A stretch of 64,000 bases of DNA from NCBI GenBank assembly GCA_964019335.1, contig OZ025654.1:558001-622000 (forward strand), in the 5' to 3' direction. Under the pieces are notes generated by a model. The model was not told the DNA's origin. It made no database searches and worked only from the letters and a program-made list of their open reading frames with translations. Shown piece after piece: positions 58,103 through 64,000 of the stretch. Both the position numbers and the translations under genes were made by a program. The first letter of the stretch is position 1. Each line of letters opens with the position of its first letter. The stretch is from Diplonema japonicum (lineage: Eukaryota > Protista > Euglenozoa: Diplonemea).

Positions 58103-58716
58103 CGGGGGCACAGAGCCTGGGGGTGTTTTATAGAGATCGTATTTTATTTTTTTATGATGTAAAAATAAGGAGAGAGCGGGAGACTTTAAGAACGAATTGC
58201 CATAAAAATAGGATTAGAAGGAAAAAGAAAAAGCTTTCTTCACCATGGGGGGGAGAAGTGCTAGCAACGACCCACCATAGTGGCAAGAAAGAAGGAAGAA
58301 GAAGAAAAAGAAAACATGATAAACGAAAAGTGCATAAGGGGAGGGGGGGAGTGAAATAATACCCCCCCTTTTAAAAAAAAGGATTTACCTACTTTTTTTT
58401 CTTTTTTTTTTTTACTCAAAAAAGTAAAAAGCAAAAGATAAGACAAGGTTTGTCCCCCTTTTTTTTTTTTTTTTACCTGACTCAACAAAAAGCGGGAATA
58501 TTTTTTTTTCTTTCCTTCTTTTCGTCCCCCTACAAAAGACTGCCAAAGAGATGGGAAAAAAAATGAAATCTCATTCCTTTTTTCTTCTTTTTCTTTTTTT
58601 CATTTATTCTTAAAAACTAACTTGCATTATGTTCGCTTAGAGTAGCTTCCAGTCTATCAATAACTTGTCTTACAACAAGCGAAGAGTCTGTGAAACCCGC
58701 GCCTGCCATGTGATTC

Positions 58717-58745
58717 AAGGAAACGTGTTTCTTTGCCAACATAGC
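58717..58745. mobile_element. Right-end remnant of MITE family A
   Basis: ggaaacgtgtttctttgccaacatagc resembles 51108-51134. Confidence 0.5.
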
Positions 58746-59006
58746 TCCCGGGTTTGGTTTTGAGGGCAATTACTTCAACTCGAAGAAGCGAGTGTTGCAA
58801 CGTGCCCACACGGGTTATGAGAAGGAGAAAAAAAACAGAGAAAAAGAAAATTCGCGCGGGCTTGGCCAAAAAGAAACAAGGAAACGAGGAACTGGCCGTT
58901 TGTTCGTATGTGCCTGGGTAGAAACCTGGAGTAAGCTTATAACACTTCCCCTTTTTTTGTTTTTTAGACAAGTCAAAAGATTCGTTCTGCCACATCGCAG
59001 ACGGGG

Positions 59007-59041
<35 letters not shown>

Positions 59042-59940
59042 TGTACATGCAGAATGCACAGTGGGAAGGAGAGGGGAGGAGAGTTCAATTCTTAACCATT
59101 TATCGATAGGATTGCAGATATTCTTCAATGTGTGTTATTTCTGTCCATGCCTGCACTTGTTTAATGAGAAGCCAAATGACGCTTTTGTGAACAAGGATGC
59201 AGAAGGAGAAACTAAAAGGAGGTAGATCCCCCTGTTTAAAGGATATGGTGGTTGGGATTGTAGAAATTGGAGGAGGGGGGACTTCAAAAAAAAAAGAGCC
59301 CAATGAATGTAACTCATTGGGGGAAAAAAAAAAAAAAAACCTGCCTGTAGCAAATAGTAACTACAGCGTGAAGAGGGATGTTGTTTTAATTTCGTCTTAT
59401 TTTGCTAACCCCCCCTTTTTTTTCGTTCTTGTATTTTCTGTCTTCAAATATCTTATCTTTTGTTAAACTAACCTACTACTGCAAAAACAAGGCTAAATTA
59501 CCTTTGCTGTTACTTTTTTTGGGGGGGGGGGAAAGAAATACACGTAATAGATAAAGCAGTATTTCTTTACCAGATAATGCCAACCGCGACCAACATCCTT
59601 GATGTACATTCTTTATATCCATGTTATCCCCACCAGAAAAAGAGAAAAAAAAAAGGAAACATTGAGTGAGAAGAGGGAGGGGGGGGGGGGGGGGTTAATA
59701 TGCAAAAGCCGCGCCTATCTTTCTCGTTTCGACAATAAAAAGAGGAACACTGGGTACGTGTTGGGGTAGAGACCTTTAGAACGAAACCGACTGGAGGAGT
59801 ATATAACTTGTAAACACATTGCGCTCCGATATTATTTAGAACAAGTCGGGGGGGGGGGGGGGGGGGGTCCCAAACAAGAATATAGAAAATAAGGGAAAAA
59901 AAAAAGAACAAAACAAAACATAAAAAAATAAATAAATAAT

Positions 59941-61271
59941 TCACTATGATAGGAACGGGTTCGAAGTGGTTAGCAACGGCCCGCCGCAGTGGCGTGCCTA
60001 CCTTATAATGCTCCCCTTTTGGGGTCATTCCCTGCTACCCACCGTAGTGCCTAGCTGTCGTTTATATCTTCCAATCCTTTCTTTCCGGTAATCTTCTCTC
60101 AGTCCTTTCAGCTTGGTCGCCGTCAGCCCCGACGCAAACAGGGCCCTCCTATCAAAGCCAACGACGTGGTCGCGGCCAATGGATCGTAGTGATCTCACGT
60201 TCTTGCATGACTGCGCCGGAAAAGCGCGTCTCCTCTTCTCCCTCATCCATGTCGCTTGCAGCGTATCCAGGATCCGCTTGATCCTCACCGCCTTCTTGTC
60301 GACGTCAATCGTCGTGTTGATGTTAACCCCCAGCGTCTTCTTCGTGTAGCACTCGAAGTCAATCGCCAGCTCGATCGCCGACACGGATGTTCCCTCCTCC
60401 GCCCACTGCAGCGCAGCCAGCCACCTCAGCACCTGATCACCATACTCCCTGAGCTGCGGGGTCAGCTTGAGCTTGTACAGTTCCACAACCTTTGGCGCCT
60501 CGAAACGCCAGCTTCTGTGCCAGCTTGCCATTCCCATTTCCACCCGATCGCCGGGAGCCACCTCAGGAGCACATTTCCTACGACCCCCCTCGGCCTCACC
60601 TGCCCAGAAGTTCCGTACGCCTGTGCCAACTGCGTCCATGCTGCCATTGCCCCGTCCTGCCTCAGCCAGCACCTCCTCAGCATCATCAAAGCACCGTACA
60701 CTACGGCACACAGCGGGTCCATCCGGTGCGCTCGCGTCAGGATTGACAGTACCACGTCTGGAGATCTTCCTCTGTAGTGGGGGCCCCACAGGCATTTCAC
60801 GATCGAGCCTTTAAGTTGACTGAGACTCCAGTCACTCGGCGGAGAGAAGCTCGAGCTGTATAGCAGTCCCGGTATGATATGAGTTCTGATGAGACTCTCC
60901 TCTGGAAAGAGAGCTGGGTCGAAGCCAGCCTTTCCACCTTCTGTCTCGCAGTAACCGCGGCGTCGTTCCAGCTCGTGCCGCATGCTGTCGTGTTCAGCAT
61001 AGTTCCCAAGGCCTTATGCTTGTCGACCTTGTTGAGCCTTACCTTCCTTCTTCTTCCGTCCCCTCACTACCGACGTGGATGGTACACTTTCCGATGACCA
61101 CCGTCTTCCGGATATTCAACTCCATGCCCGTTATCGTACAGAACTCCATGACACCGTCCGTCGCCGCTTGCAGTGCCTCCCGCAACTTAGCCAGCATGTA
61201 GGCGTCGTCCGCATAGGCTATCGTCACGAGGTCTCCACCACCGGCTTCCAGCGCCTTAAGCATGACCGCAA
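59941..61271 (-). mobile_element. Degenerate 5'-truncated non-LTR retrotransposon, family 2
   Basis: IAYADDAYML at about 61200; SAIELAIDFE and RRAFPA motifs; frameshifts; distinct 3' UTR. Confidence 0.85.
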
Positions 61272-61586
61272 TGAATAAAAAACAAAGAAATCCACACGAA
61301 AAGGGGCAGGAGGGAAGGGAGGTTGATCAACAGAACCACTCAAGAAAAAAAAAAGAAGAAGAAAAACCAACAATTGGTAGATGCGAAACCGAGGGCACGG
61401 TAGGTAAAAGTCGCTCCTTGGCGGTAGGGTAAGAAGCCTTATTCGCAACGCTTTTTTTCTGGGCGCAGAAGGCCTTTTAACATGAGGGGCTGAATAAAAG
61501 CCACTATTACTTCGCAAAAAAAAAAAAAGGCGATGTTTAAGGGCAAATCCCACTTGAGGACCACCCTTAGGGGGAAAAATATATAC

Positions 61587-61645
61587 TGTAAAACGAAAAA
61601 ATCCGGAAGAGAATAATATCCGGGCTTTTTTTCCCCCGGGAGTTA
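61587..61645 (+). mobile_element. Degenerate end of the pogo-like element
   Basis: TA-CTGTAAAACGAA plus a decayed subterminal block, as at 19472. Confidence 0.6.
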
Positions 61646-61691
61646 GTCACAAGAACTTTCAGAGTACTTTCGTTATGCGTGGAGAACAGGC

Positions 61692-61966
61692 GGGGGGGGG
61701 GGGGTATCAAAAGGTGATACAAACGCCATTTTAAACTTTAGTGAGAAAAACCCCTATTTTGTTGACCTGACTTATATAGGGGGGCTTGGTACCAAGCCTG
61801 AGCAGTATTTTCGTGGGTGGTGGTCAAAGTGGGTGGTTTGATTTTTCTTTTTTTTTTTTTTGGTGGGTTTGGAACGCTTGGAAATTGTTTCTTTGGCAAA
61901 TTTGGAAAAAAATGGCGTTTATATCACGAAAAAGGGGGGACTTTGATACCCCCCCCCCCCCCCCCC
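61692..61966. mobile_element. Putative MITE with G-run termini
   Basis: (G)nTATCAAAAG at 61692 and CTTTGATA(C)n at 61941 form an inverted pair. Confidence 0.45.
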
Positions 61967-61967
61967 A

Positions 61968-62100
61968 GGGCTATGTTTGCAAGGAAATGCGTTTCCAAGC
62001 ATTTTTTGGGCCGTTTCCTTAAGAAGAAAGGGGTATCCCGAAGTATTGAAAAATAAGGAAACGGCAACGGAAACGGAAACGAAATGTTTGCTAACATAGG
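61968..62100. mobile_element. MITE family A, diverged copy
   Basis: gggctatgtttgca..ggaaac repeats..tgctaacatag. Confidence 0.7.
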
Positions 62101-62861
62101 TCATTCCCGTTTTCTTTATCAGATAAAAAAGAAAGAGGCAGAGTCATTTCAAGCTCTTAAGTAGAATAGTAAAAGCAGAAAGTCCAATCGTCGTGCACAG
62201 ACAGAAAACAAAAGCAAAAGATGCAAAAATAAAAAAAAGAGACATTTAAGGGTACCTGCGGTATGTGGCAGGACGCCTGATAAAAAGAAAATCGTCTGGC
62301 AGGAGAGATGTCATGTTAAAAAAAAAGTTTTTATATTTGGTCCTCTTTACTCTCTTTTTCTTTTTTGTTGTTACGAATATTTATCTCTTCCGAAAAAAAA
62401 AAAAAAAAATTGATTTTTTATAACTAAATGCAACTTTGTGACGAGCGGGAAAAAAGTCGCGGCTTTTTTAAAACGGTTTTTTCCTTTTCTTTTTTTTCCT
62501 TGCTCGTGCGAATAACAAAGACATATAGTCATAAAGAATTATTTTTTTTTCTTCCTTTTTCTTTTTTAGATCTTTTTATTCAGCGCAATATAGTTTTTAA
62601 AAAAATCTGATAAGCCTGTGTTATGTGTACCAACGAGTAAGGGGTTTTTACTGTTCCGCACTTTTGGATCTCAGGTTTTTACCATATTATCTTTTGTTCG
62701 TCCTTTCCTGTTCTTTGTGTATATGCAACTGCGCTGTTTGTGTGCAGGTTTAGAAACCTGCTTTCGGAGGAGCTTAAAACTCAAAATTATAAAAAAACAC
62801 ATATCTGGCGTCGATTTGTTCTTGGAAAGAAATCCTAATCCCAATTCTCTTTTTTAAAACC

Positions 62862-64000
62862 TTAAACCCATGACAGTGTGTAAGCGTTACTCTTCTGGCT
62901 GCTAGGGCTGCTCGGGGGTGCAGGCTTTATATCTTGCTTAGTCCTCAAGGATCTGCTGGATGACACCAAGAATGCAGGTGCCTTTGGTGAAAACTGTGAG
63001 GACGATAGGTGAGAGCGGACCCCCATCCTCCTGTCCAGCATCATAGGCAGCTGTTGCACACTTCCTGACCTCATGTTTGATGCGCCACTCCCACTGCTCA
63101 TCAAGCTCTGCGACCGTGAGACCTCATGCATCTCTGAGTACACTGTCTCCGTCTCTAGCAAAGGGATGTCTTCTATACAGTTTTTGATGTTGTTCTTCGG
63201 TCCTGCATTCCGGACCATCTCCCTCACAGCGTACCTCCTCGACAGGTAGATGTCGATGGCGTAAGTCCCGATGTCCCACAGGGCCTTCAGCAGGAGCAGG
63301 ATGGCGGAGACCAGGAGCATCCACCCAGCCGCCACGAACAGCATGTGGTCCTTCGACACCTCAGCGATGATCCCGATCGTCATGAACAGGACTGCAAACA
63401 CCATGAAGGCCGTCAGCGCGATCGAGATGAGGTTGTCCATCGCCGCCGAGAAGGGGCGTAGCCAGCACAGGAGCACCAAGTACGCCAAGAACAGCAGCGT
63501 GATGAGGCCGTTCCTCCCGTGGCACTGCATCCCGATACCGGGGCGCCATGCCGACAGCAATGACAGCAGCAGGATGCAGGCAAGCTCCGTCAGCACGAAC
63601 CAAGTCATCCCCTCACGGAAGGGTTCGAACACGACCCCGTACTGCTCCGTGAAGTAGCCCTCCTCCACCTCCCCCGACCCGACCCAGATCGTGTCCCCGA
63701 AGCAGAACCGGTAAGCCGTCTTCTTCCACCCTGTGTACGGGACAACCTTCTCAGAAGCCTCATCGGAAAGCATCTGCACCGCCTCGTCTTCCGGGAAGAG
63801 GCGAGGGTCGGGGATCGCCCGCGACAGCCTGGGGACATGGCGCAGCACCAGCAGGTAGAGAAGGGCAGGGGTCGCCAAGGTGAAGAGGAGGAGGGTCCAC
63901 CCCACAACCGTCGTCGCCGTGCTGTTGTTGTCCTCTGGGAAGAAGGCCATGCGGGCCGACACGAGGCTCGTCCCCTGCAAGAGGAACAGGTAAGGGACGT
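62862..64000 (-). CDS. Receptor-like membrane protein C, 3' part
   Basis: TM core essentially identical to gene B; unique cytoplasmic tail; ends YTLSWV. Confidence 0.87.
   Translation of the reverse strand, partial: VPYLFLLQGTSLVSARMAFFPEDNNSTATTVVGWTLLLFTLATPALLYLLVLRHVPRLSRAIPDPRLFPEDEAVQMLSDEASEKVVPYTGWKKTAYRFCFGDTIWVGSGEVEEGYFTEQYGVVFEPFREGMTWFVLTELACILLLSLLSAWRPGIGMQCHGRNGLITLLFLAYLVLLCWLRPFSAAMDNLISIALTAFMVFAVLFMTIGIIAEVSKDHMLFVAAGWMLLVSAILLLLKALWDIGTYAIDIYLSRRYAVREMVRNAGPKNNIKNCIEDIPLLETETVYSEMHEVSRSQSLMSSGSGASNMRSGSVQQLPMMLDRRMGVRSHLSSSQFSPKAPAFLVSSSRSLRTKQDIKPAPPSSPSSQKSNAYTLSWV

Overview
Eukaryotic (protist) genomic DNA. GC-rich coding islands are separated by homopolymer-rich spacers. 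Every host gene lies on the minus strand, many starts follow pyrimidine tract + AG, and the introns are short and GT-AG. This combination suggests a euglenozoan, probably a diplonemid (inference). Host genes: two GH2 glycoside hydrolases (one cut by the window edge), an SGNH hydrolase, two coatomer-zeta paralogs, a Ubl+TPR protein, four small secreted PLAT-like proteins inside a tandem duplication, an intact eEF2 paralog with degenerate GTPase motifs, a Ubl+beta-rich protein, a carboxylesterase, a SAM protein, a coiled-coil protein, a PIG3-type quinone oxidoreductase, an RNase D and three multi-TM receptor-like paralogs (Cys-rich/mucin ectodomains in the two complete copies). Mobile DNA: Ingi/Vingi-like non-LTR retrotransposons (2A-like motif, conserved 3' hairpin, no poly(A)), two adjacent pogo-like transposons with an empty site in the duplicate, and several MITE families including a stacked three-element insertion. 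The strongest novelty candidates are (1) the pseudo-GTPase eEF2 that keeps the diphthamide loop and (2) the receptor family with a gene-converted membrane core, variable ectodomains and an invariant C-terminal -TLSWV. All calls come from reading the sequence by eye; no searches were run.
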